Origin: Adineta vaga
Taxonomy: Eukaryota; Animalia; Rotifera
Direction: 5' to 3'
Length of the DNA stretch: 64,000 bases
NCBI GenBank assembly: GCA_021613535.1
Contig: CP075495.1
Coordinates: 1,674,001 to 1,738,000 of the forward strand
The notes below the pieces were generated by a model. The model was not told the origin of the DNA, ran no database searches, and saw only the letters and a program-made list of their open reading frames with translations. Each line of letters starts with the position of its first letter. Position 1 is the stretch's first letter. The position numbers were made by a program, and so were the translations under genes. Positions 25,201 to 38,893 of the stretch are shown piece by piece.

Positions 25201-28200
25201 ATGAGACACGATTAGACGGCAAAACAAAATTTGTTCACGCTAAAACGCGTCTATTGCTTCCCTACTCGTTCATCATTCTCATCTTTGTATATATACACAT
25301 AACTTTATATTCAACTTATTCTTGATAAACATCTCATTTCAAAAACATTCAATATACATCAATGTTATTTATTCATTGTTTATTTCCTCGGTCTTCTCTT
25401 CATGATGAACATCATCATGGTGAGCGAATCTTTTTTCTACCAAAATCTAATGATAAAAATGCTGGCAACAACCAAAACGGAAATAGCCACTTGACAAAAA
25501 AAAAATAGAACGCAAATCCCTTTCCTATTACCTTCCTTTCTCATCAAATTCATCTGAATATGTCATCATCAACATACGAGAATGAACGCAAGTCCAAACG
25601 ACGGACAAGTATTACGCATATTAGTAATCAATGTCGACAAATATTGGCATCAAGTAAACAGCATATTATTTTAAGGTCGGTTTTCTTCCTTCTTATCGTC
25701 GTCGTCATCGTCTTGTTGTTTAGTTCTGATTCAATTATTTTGCATTCCTCATCTCTCTTCTTCTTCTTCTTATTGATCGAGTCAATTGATTCTAAACATA
25801 TCAAACTATTTCAAAGACGATCTCTCCGAGCATTGCTTTCAATCATTTGATCTGAGAACATCAAACAGATGCGTTTTTTTATTTATATTCCAAAGGTCTT
25901 TATCATAGACAAAGAAAAAGAAAACAATTTTTAATATTCTTTTCTATATCCAATCATGTTTAGGGTTCTTTTTTTTCATATAAGCAGATAATAAGTTTAT
26001 TTATAAAAAAAAAGAAGAAGAACAGCGTATTTAATGATTAATAAGATGAAAAAGTGAATTTCAATGACAAGTTGTTAGATATTCATGTAAATATTATATT
26101 GATATTTTCTCCAAAGACGACACTTATAAGTTCTTTCAACGTCCAAATAACCTTTAAAGATATTTTCATCTTCGAGAAAACTCTTTATATTTTTTTCAAC
26201 ATCTAACTAATTTTGTTATGATTGATGAGAGAAATTGATCTAAGACAAGGATAGAATGTTATTTATTAAGAGAAATAAATGACACGATATCCAACAATAC
26301 GTTAATCTTACAAGCTTAAGTTTTTCTTTCATCATCTATTGCTTAGTTGACAGATTTTGATTTGTTCACTCCTTCTTTTTCTCTTCAACATTATTTCACC
26401 TTCGATAAATCTTAAGAAAACGATGTTGACAAAAAGCAATAAGATCCTAATTATATATGTATACAAAAAAAAAGAAGAAATCCAAGTGCTTATTTTATTT
26501 CTAGACGACCATTCCGTAAATCATCAACATGTGATGTAGCATCGGATGACATTTTATCAATTGAAAACACTTCTGAATCGATTAAATTATCACCAATGAA
26601 TCGAGCACGACATGGTGGTACACGACGTTTTTCTCTGGTGAAATTAGAAGTACCAGTAGGAGATTCGAATTCATCGACAACAGGTTTGTAACAATCATCA
26701 ACAAATCAAATTCTTCATATTTTGTTTTTCGTGATTAAGATGATTCGAAAGCTTCAACAAGTCCTAATCTTATCCAAAAATTACTCTTTCGGCAATTCAG
26801 TCCCAAAACTCGTCCATATTCAATGGCAATAACTGTAAGATCTCAACAATTTGCTTTCATTGTTTTTTTTCTCTTCCATTTACTATAATATCTTTTAGTC
26901 TGATGAAAATGCTTCGACATTAAATGATACACTCAAGTAAGTTCATTGAAATCGACGGTTTTTGATACAAGAAAACGTTGTGAACTCTTTCATAATTTGA
27001 AGAATAAAAATTTCTTTTTTCTCTCGATGATAATAACAACTTCTGAACTTTTATATTTTATTTACTTCTTTCTTCTAAAATTACACTAAAAGCGTTTTTA
27101 TAATGATTGCTAAAAGATTTTTTTTTCTTTTTCTTATTTGAAAAATCAACATGGTTGAATGTTTCACCAAACTAACTCTTTATCTTAGTAATTATGCCAG
27201 TAGTGGAAGACGAATTACTGCACCAACAACACCGAAAACTTCTTGGTCGACATCCAATGCTTCTAAGCAAGGTGTTGAATTGGGAGATACTTCACTTTTA
27301 TCTCCACCAAATCTAGTCTTACCAAAAGGTCAATCATCAGAATTACAATCATATTTATCACGACGACGTAATACAACTGGAAGTATTTCTTTGAATAAAG
27401 TTATTGATGTAAAGAATGCAAATACATTAAAATTATCTTCAGCTGCTTTATCTAATCATTCGAATAATAAACTTTCGACTGAAAGTAAGACACTGGGAAA
27501 CAATCACCGGAAGTTTTTGATCGATTTCTTTTTTTTGTTCTCATAGATATTTTTCAAATCGTCGAAGATTCGGATCTATTCGCAACAAAACAAGTTCTTC
27601 AAGTTCATGAGAATCTTGTCAATTCGTAAGTAAAAGAAAGAAAAGATAATCCTATTCAAATCATCGGAAAAACGGATAGGAAAATTACTAAAAATCGATT
27701 ATTCATTATTTCTTCTTATAAATCAATCTATCTCGAACAAAAAACAAAAACGGAAATCATTTAAATGCGATCTCTTTCTTTTCTAGTTATAACGAATATG
27801 ATTGGTGTCCATTGGATATTGCTATTATGTTAAATAATATTCCAATGATTCAACTTCTTCTACAATATGGTGCAGAAGAAAGTTCTAAAAGTATTTAGAG
27901 ATTAATAATATCTAATGAATAATATTTTTATTTTCTATCTAGTTGAACATGAAGAATGTCGTTATCAAAGTGTTTGTCAACAATTAACAATCCTTTCTCA
28001 ACAGAATCCAGATGAAATTATGAAAAAATCATCATCAAATAAATTAACAACAGATGATATACAAGTATGTCATGTATTTTCTTGAATATTGATATTTACT
28101 ATCAATAAATATAGTCACGTCGTTCGTCTCCATCAAATGATTCTCAGCAACGTCATCGTCGAACCAGTAAAGGACAACAAGAACAATTACAAATTCTACA

Positions 28201-31200
28201 ACAACAACAACAATATTTTTATCAGCAACGAATATTAACTTTGACACAGATGAAAGATAATTATGAACAAGCAGGTAAGAAACAAGTTGATAGGGAAAAA
28301 AAAGAATTAGATAACATCAGAGAAACAAAAAAATCGCACCAAATACAGACATTAACAGCACATCTGTTCAACTATTTCATGTATTTCCATTTCCGCCTCG
28401 TTGTTTTTTATAACAATCGATATAAAATATAATACCCCCCCCCCTCCTGCTTGTTTAATGATGAGACAATAGAAAAAAAAAAAAAGAAGAAGAAAAGAAT
28501 CGACGTCAAAGTAGTTTGCAATGATGATGCATTTTTCCTTTTCTTTCTTTGTTAGTAGTCTCTCTCTCTCTCGCTCCCTGTTTCTCTCTCTTTCTCTGTT
28601 TCCCCTATCCTATATATATATATATATATATCAGATTCTCGTTTAATTAGATTTCTTCTAGACGTTTGGTATCTTTCTCTTTTTTCTTTACCTTCTAGTC
28701 AGTTATATCTCATCAACATAATAGGATCCGTGACAAACCAAGCTAAAGACTACACCCTCTTTCGAGACACATGAATATAAAAAGGATAATCATTACGGGA
28801 AGCCATTTCCGTTTTCTTATTTCTGTCTTTCTCATCACTAAAATCACTATGTAAAACAGCATGACTAATTTTCATTAAGTTCAACACGAGAATTTTCTCC
28901 TTTTTTTTCTTCTTCTTTTCTATGTTCTCATTTTCTTCTTCTCTCTTTCTTTTTATATTAAAGAAAGAAAAAAAATCCTATCGAAGTAGTATATCGTTTT
29001 CTCCTGATTTTGTCTTGTATTGAACGAAGAAGAAAACGTATTCACACGAACTCGAATGGATGGAAATAGGAAATTTCGTTCACGGGCACTTATTGTTAAA
29101 ACTGCACTTCGATTTATAACGAAATCTCGTCGAAAAAGTATATTTTCATCGGAAAATATCTCTGCCGATGATCTTTCATTCACATTGACACCATTGGATT
29201 CTTCATGTTTACAGAAAGAATTCTATTATCACCAAGAAAAATATCAAAAGCGTAAGTTAATCAATATCAAGAATGACAAAACAAAATAATCAGTTGATAT
29301 GATGAATTACTCAGAAATTAATTTCTGTCGATCTTTCTCTATTCATTAGTCGTTTTGATACAATGTTGGAAAAGGATAAGAATTGATTCATTACTTTTTC
29401 GTTTATTCAGGTATTCCGGATGCTCCAACAAATGTTCGTTTGATGGTAACCGGTTCAAATAGTATTACTGTTACTTATGATGAACCACATCGATCTAATG
29501 GAGCTATGGTTATAAAATATAAGAGTAAGATTTATCATTAAAAACACAATTTTCTTTTCTTTCCCATATATTTATATGTTAATGACAACTTGTATCTCTT
29601 TTTCTCTAGTCGAATGGTGTATTGATGAAAGTTTTGAAGAAAATCCTTCATCAAATATTCATATTTATAGTGATACTGTAAAAAATTGTTTTCTTCGTGA
29701 ATATGTCATTCGAGATTTACCAATTGGTCATAGATGTTATGTTCGAGTATCAGCTGGAAATATACGTGGATTTGGTCCATCAACGATAGCTAACCCACCT
29801 TATTGTGTTCCATCGAGTGGGTGATAATTTTTATTTTCTCACGTATTTGAATTGTTTTAATAATTAAAATTTCCTTTTTTTCTTTTAAGGTTGGCGTGAA
29901 TTTTCTAAAACATCACGTCCAAGTATATGTGATTTACGTTTCGAAGAAATTCTCAATAAAATCCGACCTGAAAAAATCAATAATGAACGTGGAGCTATGG
30001 GCACATCTACATCACCCTCTTATTACACAAATAATGGAACTGTTGATGGAAATGGTAGGCATTTATTAAGAAAATCCCATGAATCTATTTATATACGTTC
30101 CTTCATCTAATAGAAGACTTGAAAGCGACACTAATGTAAAGAAGATTTGTTCGTTCTAATCATATTCAATTAAATTTCAAGCTCTTCCATCGTATAGAAA
30201 GAGAAAGGAAGGAGAGCAACTTTTTTTTACGACTTTCCATTTGTTCATCTGTCAATTTAATATGTGATTACTCTAGTACTGTTATTGAAGAGAACGAAGT
30301 AACAGTTTTTCATTCCGCATCAATTACGATTGAAATTATTTTGCTCATGGGGAAATTGTAGTTCTTGACGGAAAGAAAAAGCAAGATGTTAATAGAATTT
30401 TTTTTCTCTTTCCTCTTAATCAAGAATCACCTGAATTGCCAACACCGGCAAATTCAACAAGAAATCGTCGACGAAGTTACGGAAATCTTCGACGCAATCT
30501 GCGACAATTCTTCCAACTCTATCCACGATTAGCAAAAACAATGAAACGGTAGAGAGAAAAAAACAAAACTCTCCATACAATTCGTTTCCATCTATTTGAA
30601 TTTTTCCGTTTCAGTGGTCTCTACTTAGTCTCAGTTATGTTAAATGGTGAACGAATTTTAGTTACAAACGAAGATGTTCTACCTATGGTAGAAGTTGATG
30701 AAAATTATGGACATAATTTATTAGCTGATTTTCAATGGTTCATGAAATTATCATTCGTTTGGGATGATTTAAAAACATTGCGACCAGATTTAGAACGTTG
30801 TTCAAGTGCAACAACATTTTATCTACGAATGAAACTTGTTCAAGCAGCAATTGAACTTCAAGTAAGAAGAAGAACAAAAACAAAGTGAATTTCTCTTCTA
30901 TCCATCATATTGTAGACATTGGAAGAGATAAATAATCTCGGTCGTCTTCATCATACATATATTCGTGATAATGATGGTAATGTTGCATTTGTATTAATAA
31001 ATGACTTATCATCGGAAACACGATCAAATCTATGTCCACCGAATTTAAAATGGGTTTTAATGGCGAAATTTTTCGAAACAATTAAAGAAACTGAAACATT
31101 AACAAATAATTCTTGTCTTCAACAAATAACTGATAAACTTCCCGTATGTTAAACTAGATAAAGATATTTTCCATGCTTTGTTTTTCTTTATTGAAAAAAA

Positions 31201-32895
31201 AATAGGATATGATCGATTTTTATCATGCAACAATGCGTCGTCTCGATTCAGGTTTATATGTTGCTTATTTAAAAATGCAAAATAGTGTCGATTGTGTTCG
31301 TGTTATGGTCAATCGATATATGCCCGGTTCATTACCATGTACAAAAATTCGTTCAATAGCAAATGTTTCAAAGTAATTTCATCAGATATATATATTCTCC
31401 TAAATTTCTTCTCTTTTGCGTCTATAGAGAAGAATGGGAATGGTTACATAAAAGTTCAATAACTGTTGATAATGAAGAATCGATAATACCAATGATAGAA
31501 AATGAATCTGATGAAACAGGTCTTTCCCTATTTAAATCACAATTCGAAGAAGCAGCCAAAGATCTTTGTCTTATGTTAAGTATGTTTGATGAAGAATATC
31601 TTTGAATTCTTGTTTTTGTTTTCAAAACCATTTTCATCTTATTCAGATCTTCCAGAAACTCATTTTTCAAATAGTCGCATCTATGATGCTCAAGTTGTCG
31701 AAATTCGCGATGATCTTTCTTTAATTATTTTAATGTCAACAGCAGATGAAGTTAATATTCTTTCAACACCAGCATCATCATCAAAACAACGACAATCAAT
31801 TTCAACCGATTGTTTAACACCTTTCATGTATTTACCTGTTTATATCTTCGAAGTTTGTATGTATTTTATTTTACTTTAAAATGTAAAAATGAATGATTCA
31901 TTTCTTGTTTTCTCTCTCTTCATTTAGTACAACATTTAAGTAATAATTATCGTTTTATCTGTCAATATAGTCGTGTATCGATTTGTTTGGATTTTGAATT
32001 AATATGTGCACAACAAACTCAACGTGAAGCATTTTCAACCAATGAATTAGATGAATCACGTTATCGTCTTAATCATTTGCTAGCTTGTCAACAAGATTTA
32101 GATGATATATGGCGTTCATCACGTTGGTTAGTTGATGTTATCAATTGTGCTAAAGATAAATCCTATGCTGGTATATCATTAAAATCTTGGTTAACATTTC
32201 AAAAATCACCAAATATTCAAATGAAAATTACTGCAAGTGATTCATCATCATCAAATTATGCATCAGATTCTGCTTTAGATGCCGTAAAATTTAGTAGTTC
32301 AACGTTAACTTTACCCACAACTATGACGTCTACATCTCTATCTTCCTCATTTCTCAATGATACATCATTGATAGCCAATTGTGACAGTGGTTTTATTGAT
32401 CATGAATCAACGAATAATGATCGATATATGACAAATCGTGCATCAACAATCTCAACAACAGAATCGAATGATCCCATTGAATTAACATTTTACATTCCGA
32501 TCTTAACATCAAATACATTAATACCATTTAAATTACGTACAAACCGATTAACAACATCGTATGAACTATTACAAATTGTACTTAAACAACAATCTATGTT
32601 ATTAAAATCTCTTTCAACATTAACATCAACACCATCATTCATTTTTGTATGGGTACGATCAAATGGTCGTGAACAAATTCTTGAAGATGGTTTAACAGCT
32701 GGTGAAATTGAAAAACGTTTAATACGTTTTGGCGGACAAATTCATGTCCGTTCACGAGGTTTATCATTATCACGTTCAACTCAACCATTGAATAAATTAT
32801 CATTATCACCAACAACGACAACAGCATCGTCGAATAGAAATGCTTCCAATAGTAGTTCCAATGGCCCAGGATCAAATTTAAGTTTAAATATATAA
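22297..32895 (+). CDS. ANKFN1: Ankyrin repeat and fibronectin type-III domain protein (ANKFN1 / wide awake) with a C-terminal RA-like domain; several alternative first exons
   Basis: Ankyrin (WCPLDIAIMLNNIPMIQLLLQYGA), FN3 (IPDAPTNVRLMVTGSNSITV...YVRVSAGNIRGFGP), ILVTNEDVLPMVEVDENY, DFQWFMKLS, LDSGLYVAYLKM, AQQTQREAFSTNEL and WRSSRWLVDVI. Confidence 0.93.
28611..28631 (+). repeat. (TA)n microsatellite
   Basis: About 10 TA units in an ANKFN1 intron. Confidence 0.9.
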
Positions 32896-33415
32896 GAAAC
32901 AGAAATCTTCAATTTTGTGTTCCTTTACATCCCTTTTGTTTTGTATTAACTAAGCAATACATGTCATGTGATATGAATTTCAATGTCAAAAAAAAAAAGA
33001 AAAAAAAGGCAAATTCATATTTTATCGATAAATATTTCTCTATCGAAAGAATTAATCATCAAATATCTAGATCACAAAATCTGATGTTTTTTCAGTGGGT
33101 AGATATATTCATTTTGACAGAGATAAATGATATAGTCAGTATGATATCAATCTATTTTTATTTTCATAAGCAGATAATAAAACTTGTTTTAATCAAATTG
33201 CTTATATTCCTCATAATTATGTCTGTCAATCAACTTGTTGTTTTTTTTGTAGATAACTGAAACCTATCTAATCATATAGGTAGAATTTCTATTCTAGGAA
33301 ATGAGAACAAAAGTCATAACTGTAATTTAGTATTTACTATCATGATAATTATAAAGTTATCTCGGTTCATAACATATCTGTTCTTTATTAAAATAGAACA
33401 AATTTACTTAGAAAA

Positions 33416-34426
33416 TTAAATCATATACAAACATAATTTATCTTTCACATTCATTCCAATCCATTCTTTGCCTAATAAACAAAGATTAAAAAAACCTTGT
33501 GGTTTATCAACAGATATTCTTGTTTGAATTCGACCATTTTCATCAAGTAAAATAATTTGTTGAGGTATCGAACAATTATTTATGACTAACCATGATCGAT
33601 CATATGGCATTAATAAACAATTTCTCATTCCGGGTACACTTTGACCTAGTGAACAACTTCGAGTAATTCGAGAAAGATTTTGCGCATTAAATAAATCAAT
33701 TCTCCATTCACCATCGTTCTGTTTGATTGTTAAAGCAAGAATATTCCATTCATTAATACGTATACATTGAGCAAGAAAATCTTTTCGTCGAAGAAAATAT
33801 TTGTGTGACCATTGTTTATCAAGTTGATATGGTGGAAAAAGTGATCGACATTCGATTCGACTTGAACGAGAGGAATAAAGAAGATAAATTGAAGATATAT
33901 TACAAGTTATGGAAACAATCCATTCACCACGAACTAATTTTATTTGTTCAATTGTTGAAAATATACGTGTCTGAGGATTGAAAGTATATAGACCATAGCC
34001 AGCGAGAAGAAAAAGATTTACTTTTGTTGACCAACATGCATCATAAACTAGAACTAATAAATAACTTAAATCAATTCGATATAATTCATGATCTTTATTG
34101 AATATAATCAATGTTGAACATTGATTAATTAATGTTAATATATAATAAGATGAAGCAGCAAATGGCAAATCAATTCCATTCAAGAGAAATTTTTTAGTTG
34201 GTGTACGTTGAAGAACAGTTGTTGGTAATGGTGCTTGTAAAATTATTTTTCGTAATTCATTATAAGAATCTACTGATATACCATTTCGTCTTCTTAATGA
34301 TGATGGTGTATTGAAAATATTGTTATTCTGTTCATTTAATCGTTCAAATGAAAGCGAACGAATAGCTGATGCAATAGAACGTGGTAAAGATCGAAATTTT
34401 CTTTGACTACGTTTGAAAGCATCCAT
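33416..34426 (-). CDS. Intronless protein with a degenerate beta-propeller-like C-terminal region; function unknown
   Basis: 336-aa ORF with host-like codon usage and repeated beta-strand patterns (DACWSTKVNLFLL, WRIDLFN). Confidence 0.6.
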   Translation of the reverse strand: MDAFKRSQRKFRSLPRSIASAIRSLSFERLNEQNNNIFNTPSSLRRRNGISVDSYNELRKIILQAPLPTTVLQRTPTKKFLLNGIDLPFAASSYYILTLINQCSTLIIFNKDHELYRIDLSYLLVLVYDACWSTKVNLFLLAGYGLYTFNPQTRIFSTIEQIKLVRGEWIVSITCNISSIYLLYSSRSSRIECRSLFPPYQLDKQWSHKYFLRRKDFLAQCIRINEWNILALTIKQNDGEWRIDLFNAQNLSRITRSCSLGQSVPGMRNCLLMPYDRSWLVINNCSIPQQIILLDENGRIQTRISVDKPQGFFNLCLLGKEWIGMNVKDKLCLYMI

Positions 34427-35416
34427 CTAAGAAATGATGTGCGTCTATTTGAAAAGAAAGACAAGACATATCGCATACCGACATGTTTTTGATAATTCAA
34501 GAGAACAAATATTCGTTTATTTCCCTTGATTGATGTAATCACTCCAACGATATGATCTTTTTTTTCTTCTAAGAATAACTTTCGGATATTTATAGATTAT
34601 AATTACACGTGCGTGTTGTATTATTAGTAATCAAATAATTTGATGTTGTGGGAAGACGTTATCCGTTGTTTGAGTAGAATGAAAAAGGTTACCGAATAGA
34701 AACTGAATCGTAATCATAAAAATATTTTCCGTTCATATTTCTTATGTCTTTTGATATTATATGTAAATTCCAAGATCGTTTACTACAATTTTTTGCCAAT
34801 ATTTATTTGCAACAGTAATTTAATCTGTTCAAACTGTTGGTAAAACTTGTTACCATTACGTTTTTTTAGCTCAAACTATTAATATTGAATTCGATTCTTC
34901 AATTGCAAGTTTAGAAGTCGACGTAGAAAGAAATTATACTGGTATGATAGAAGTAACCAAAGTTTTACAACAAGATACATTATCATCTTTAAAAGAAAAT
35001 GATTTTTTTTCATCTTATCAAGTTTATGTTGTCTGTCTTTTCATCTCACATCATAATTGAAGTTCTTAAATCAATATCAGAAGTTGTAAAATATTATTCG
35101 AATGGTACATGGATGTAGATACATGAATAGTTCAGGAATAGAATAGTTTATTGAGAACTTAACACACATTACCACACACTTACATAAGGTACGATTCAGA
35201 GCCGGAAGACTCTGCTTGAGATAAAGAAAGAGAAAATGTAAAAAAGCAACGTGTGACAAAAAAACCATGTTGAGTAACTAATACGTCCTTTGGCATAGTA
35301 ACGAATAACAATAATAATAAAGTCTTATGAAATAAACACTCAAAATAATTATTCTTGAACCTTGTACTGATCAAAAGTTTTCTTTTCATTTGTTTTAGTT
35401 CCATCGTGTTCCCATC

Positions 35417-35475
35417 TTGAGGATGAGTGTGGGTGAAGAAGAGATACCTTGACGCATATCCACCCTCACCTTCAA
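35417..35475. repeat. Short imperfect hairpin element with TGTGGG/TGAGGG-like arms
   Basis: TTGAGGATGAGTGTGGGTG...TATCCACCCTCACCTTCAA (14/19 pairing). Its GGGTGAAGAAGAGATACC core is shared with the copy at 42216. Confidence 0.7.
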
Positions 35476-35790
35476 GTTGAAGCTGCGAAAACTCTTTTTT
35501 CTCAATTCGTACATACAAATTTTCTGCATCTATACTAGTCAATATGTTTTTATCTGATCGTTGTTGATTTACTAGATTGTCTTATTTATCTTCTTAAATA
35601 TCACGATAGATTTAACGAGTAAATACATATCATAAGAACAACAACGCATACAAGAAAAGAATTAAGAATTAATATCGTAGATAAAGAACGAACAAGGCAA
35701 ATAATGTAATATGCAGCTATATAATATAAAGCTATATAAAGTGCATATTTTATTTATCATTAGACAAGAAAGAAGCACATTGCTCTTAAA

Positions 35791-36720
35791 ATGACATCTG
35801 CTGTACATTTACTAATAATTTTGTCTCTGCTGACCTTAGGTAAGGAAGTCTTGAAAATTTGGTGCATTCATTTTTATTTTGCTTTTGTTAAATATAGTTG
35901 TTGCTCAGAATTCATCGTATCCATTGGGCACAGTACATCGAATAGGTGACAGTGACTTAAATGTATATGATGTTCTAGGTGATCAGAATAGTACATCAAA
36001 AACTAAAGTTGCTATTATTGTTCTTTATGATATACGTGGTTTCAATGTAACAAACACACGATTATTCTGTGAACGTTTAGCATATGAATACAAGACACGA
36101 GTGTTAATGCCAGATTTTTTCAGAAGTATGTTTAAGAATACAATATATATGAAAAAATTCGATTTTCTTCGAAAATTGTAGATCAACCAACAGCAAATGC
36201 GACATGGTCTCGTGTTCAACAAGATCTGGTAACTGTTAATACATATCTCAACTCACAAAACTATAATAAATTGGCTACTATTGGTTTTTGTTGGGGTGGT
36301 CTACGAGTAATGAAAGCATCTGGAAATGGAAATAATAATTCTTGGACTAATACACCATATTTTACTGGTATCAGTATTCATGGTTCACAGCTCAATGTAC
36401 CGGATGCAGAAATGCTTCAAATTCCAATGTTATTCATTCGTGCAGGAAATGATCCATCGTTTGATAATATAACATCGGTTCTTACTCAAAAATCATTTGG
36501 TAATCAATGTGAATATAAAGTCTATGAGAATATGAGACATGGATTTGTCAGTGCTGGTGCAAATTATTCTAATCCAGAAAATGTCGATGCAATCGATGAT
36601 GTACATTACAGAGTCCGAACATATTTAGATAAAATATTAAATAGTGGCTCAGTGAATATTGAAATATCATTATTAACAATGATATTCTTTATTTTCATCT
36701 TGAATAGTTTGTCAATTTAA
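35791..36720 (+). CDS. Dienelactone hydrolase-family alpha/beta hydrolase with signal peptide and GPI-like C-terminus; 3 exons
   Basis: IIVLYDIRGF, VLMPDFFR, nucleophile motif GFCWGG, AGND and MRHGF give a Cys-Asp-His triad. N-terminus MTSAVHLLIILSLLTL|VVAQ; C-terminus NSGSVNIEISLLTMIFFIFILNSLSI. Confidence 0.88.
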
Positions 36721-36926
36721 TGTGAAGAAAATCTTTGAGAATATCATTCATTCTACAAGTGATGGAATTTTATGCTTTTTTTAAAATTTCTAATTGAATT
36801 CAGTAGAATTTTTCTTATTTATATATCTTTCTTTAAACTAATCAAGTTTGATCTAATAGAAATCAGACAGTTAAGTATTCTTTCTGTCTTAGTGAAATCT
36901 GAAGTCGAAATAGTTTTCAAGGATTT

Positions 36927-36997
36927 GAGAGTGTGTGAGGGTGTGGGTGACGTTAGCTCTTACGTACTCCTACTTAAATCCTCGCCCACACCCACCC
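36927..36997. repeat. Short hairpin element with TGAGGG-TGTGGG arms
   Basis: GGGTGTGGGTGA (36939-36950) pairs with TCGCCCACACCC (36982-36993), 11/12. Confidence 0.7.
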
Positions 36998-37506
36998 GTC
37001 GACAAAACCATACTAATCGAAATGTTGAAAGCTTCGTATAAATGTATTGTCCTTCAATCCCAATGATGGTAGTAACGTAGATTTATGAAGAAATTCTTTC
37101 ATTTTATTCTAAATCGTTCGGAAGAAAAAGAAACATTCGAATAGTTATCGATGATGAAATTAGATATCTCATTCTGTTACAATGGTATCTTTTTTCATTA
37201 TATATATATCAATTAATCATCTCATTTAGATGGTTACCTTATCGTAAAGCCTGCTCTTTCCATTTTTAATGTTAAAACTGAAAATGTGCGTAAAAATCTA
37301 TAATCATTTGTGAGACAATACCCAAGACAAATAACTATTTCTCCAACAATAAATGCTTTGAATTGGAATAAAGAAGGGTGTGATGGTACAAGTGACACGA
37401 TGGTCCATTCATCTACACTTTTATGTACTTATCCTTAATTATAATAATAACAAATAAAACTTCGTTTTTCACATAGTAGCACGTAAAAAAACCGACGAGA
37501 ACTGTT

Positions 37507-38893
37507 TTAAACTATTGATCTACACGATGGACATGAGTTACTTCCGACCAGCCATGCTTGAATACATTTACAATGAAAGAAATGCGTACATTGGGGTAAG
37601 CCATTGACGGTTTCACCTTTTGAATATGTGTCCATACAAATCTGAAATGTTAAACAATACGAGATTTTTTTATGTTGAAAATAGGTAAGTAGGAAATGAC
37701 AACTATCAATCGTCAATGATAAGACTTCGATCATGACACTGTCAGAAGTTTTGTACTTCATAGAAGTCTTCCTTCTACTATTCAAAGTAACCTAAACAAA
37801 CTTATTTTCTATCTGTAACTAAGTTTATTTAAAAGTGCCTTAATCTATTTGATTTGTGTCAATGACACTACTATGCAGTGAGTCAAAACTACAGAAAGAG
37901 CTATGATGAACAACTTACAACGCATGTATACGTATCTTTATTGGCTTGGTTTTCGTCGATTGTCCATGATGATAACTTTCGATTGGCTACTGAAGATGAA
38001 CAAGTAGTTGTTGAAGTTGATGCTGTATTACTTCGATCTGTGTTTGTTGGTAAGTTTATAACACCATTTCGACGCATTTCTTCAATTCTATCCTTTCGTT
38101 CTCGTCGATGATGCACAAAAGTACCTATGTGAGTAAATTAAAGCCTCGATTAGGTTGTAAGCTCATCATGTTTAAACAAAGGAAACTCTTTCCACTCGAT
38201 ATCTGCTTCTCTATATACTTCTATTATCAGTTTTTCCCATAGAATTGTGGTCTGAATTCTTGTATTTCACGCATTTGATTCGAAAAAATCCGTCAGAATC
38301 CTGTATACTCACCATTGAAGTTATGCCATGCCATCATAATTCCATCATCTGTTGGTAAACCATTTGAACCGAAAATACGTACTTCAACAACAAATTGTGT
38401 ATCAATGGGTCTTTTACCATCGCTTCGACGATTACGAATGCTAACTCTCAGTTCTGAATTTGGAACTTCCCATTCATACATATGTTCATATATATCATTC
38501 TCATAGTTAGACCGAAGAATGAATTTAAAAGGACCAACGGTACTAGATGGCTGTGGTTTACTGTTCTTCCCATGATAATCTATAGCAGATGAAGGGAAAA
38601 GAATAATTGCTATCAATTCACAAAAGTGTAAATTCTAAGTAATTCATGAAACACTTACTAGCCATAGCTTTGCCTGCTTGAAGTATATCATTACTTTTGT
38701 GTGAAATTTCAAAGAATTGTTCTGGTGTTATAAGTAGTGATCGTTCTACACCTGACTGAATAACTTTTTTCAGTACAACTTGAATATCACCATTAGCATA
38801 AGTAAAATTAATATGTGGAGCATGAACGCCTGAACCATCATTATTATTGAATTTTCCTCCATGGCGTCTTGAGTAAGGATGATAACGAGACAT
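37507..38893 (-). CDS. Multi-exon gene with a C-terminal RING-H2 finger and N-terminal PC4-like repeats (3' splicing uncertain)
   Basis: ICMDTYSKGETVNGLPQCTHFFHCKCIQAWLVGSNSCPSCR is a RING-H2. Upstream exons 38659-38893, 38313-38579 and about 37930-38124 are phase-compatible and start MSRYHPY. Confidence 0.55.

Noticed and set aside
27151-27188. A fourth alternative start for ANKFN1 (MVECFTKLTLYL)
   Set aside because: A phase-compatible acceptor at 27188 explains this stretch as an intron end.
34690-35570. Possible gene fragments or transposon remnant between the propeller-like gene and DLH
   Set aside because: No recognisable domain or consistent exon chain; only the hairpin at 35417 is supported.
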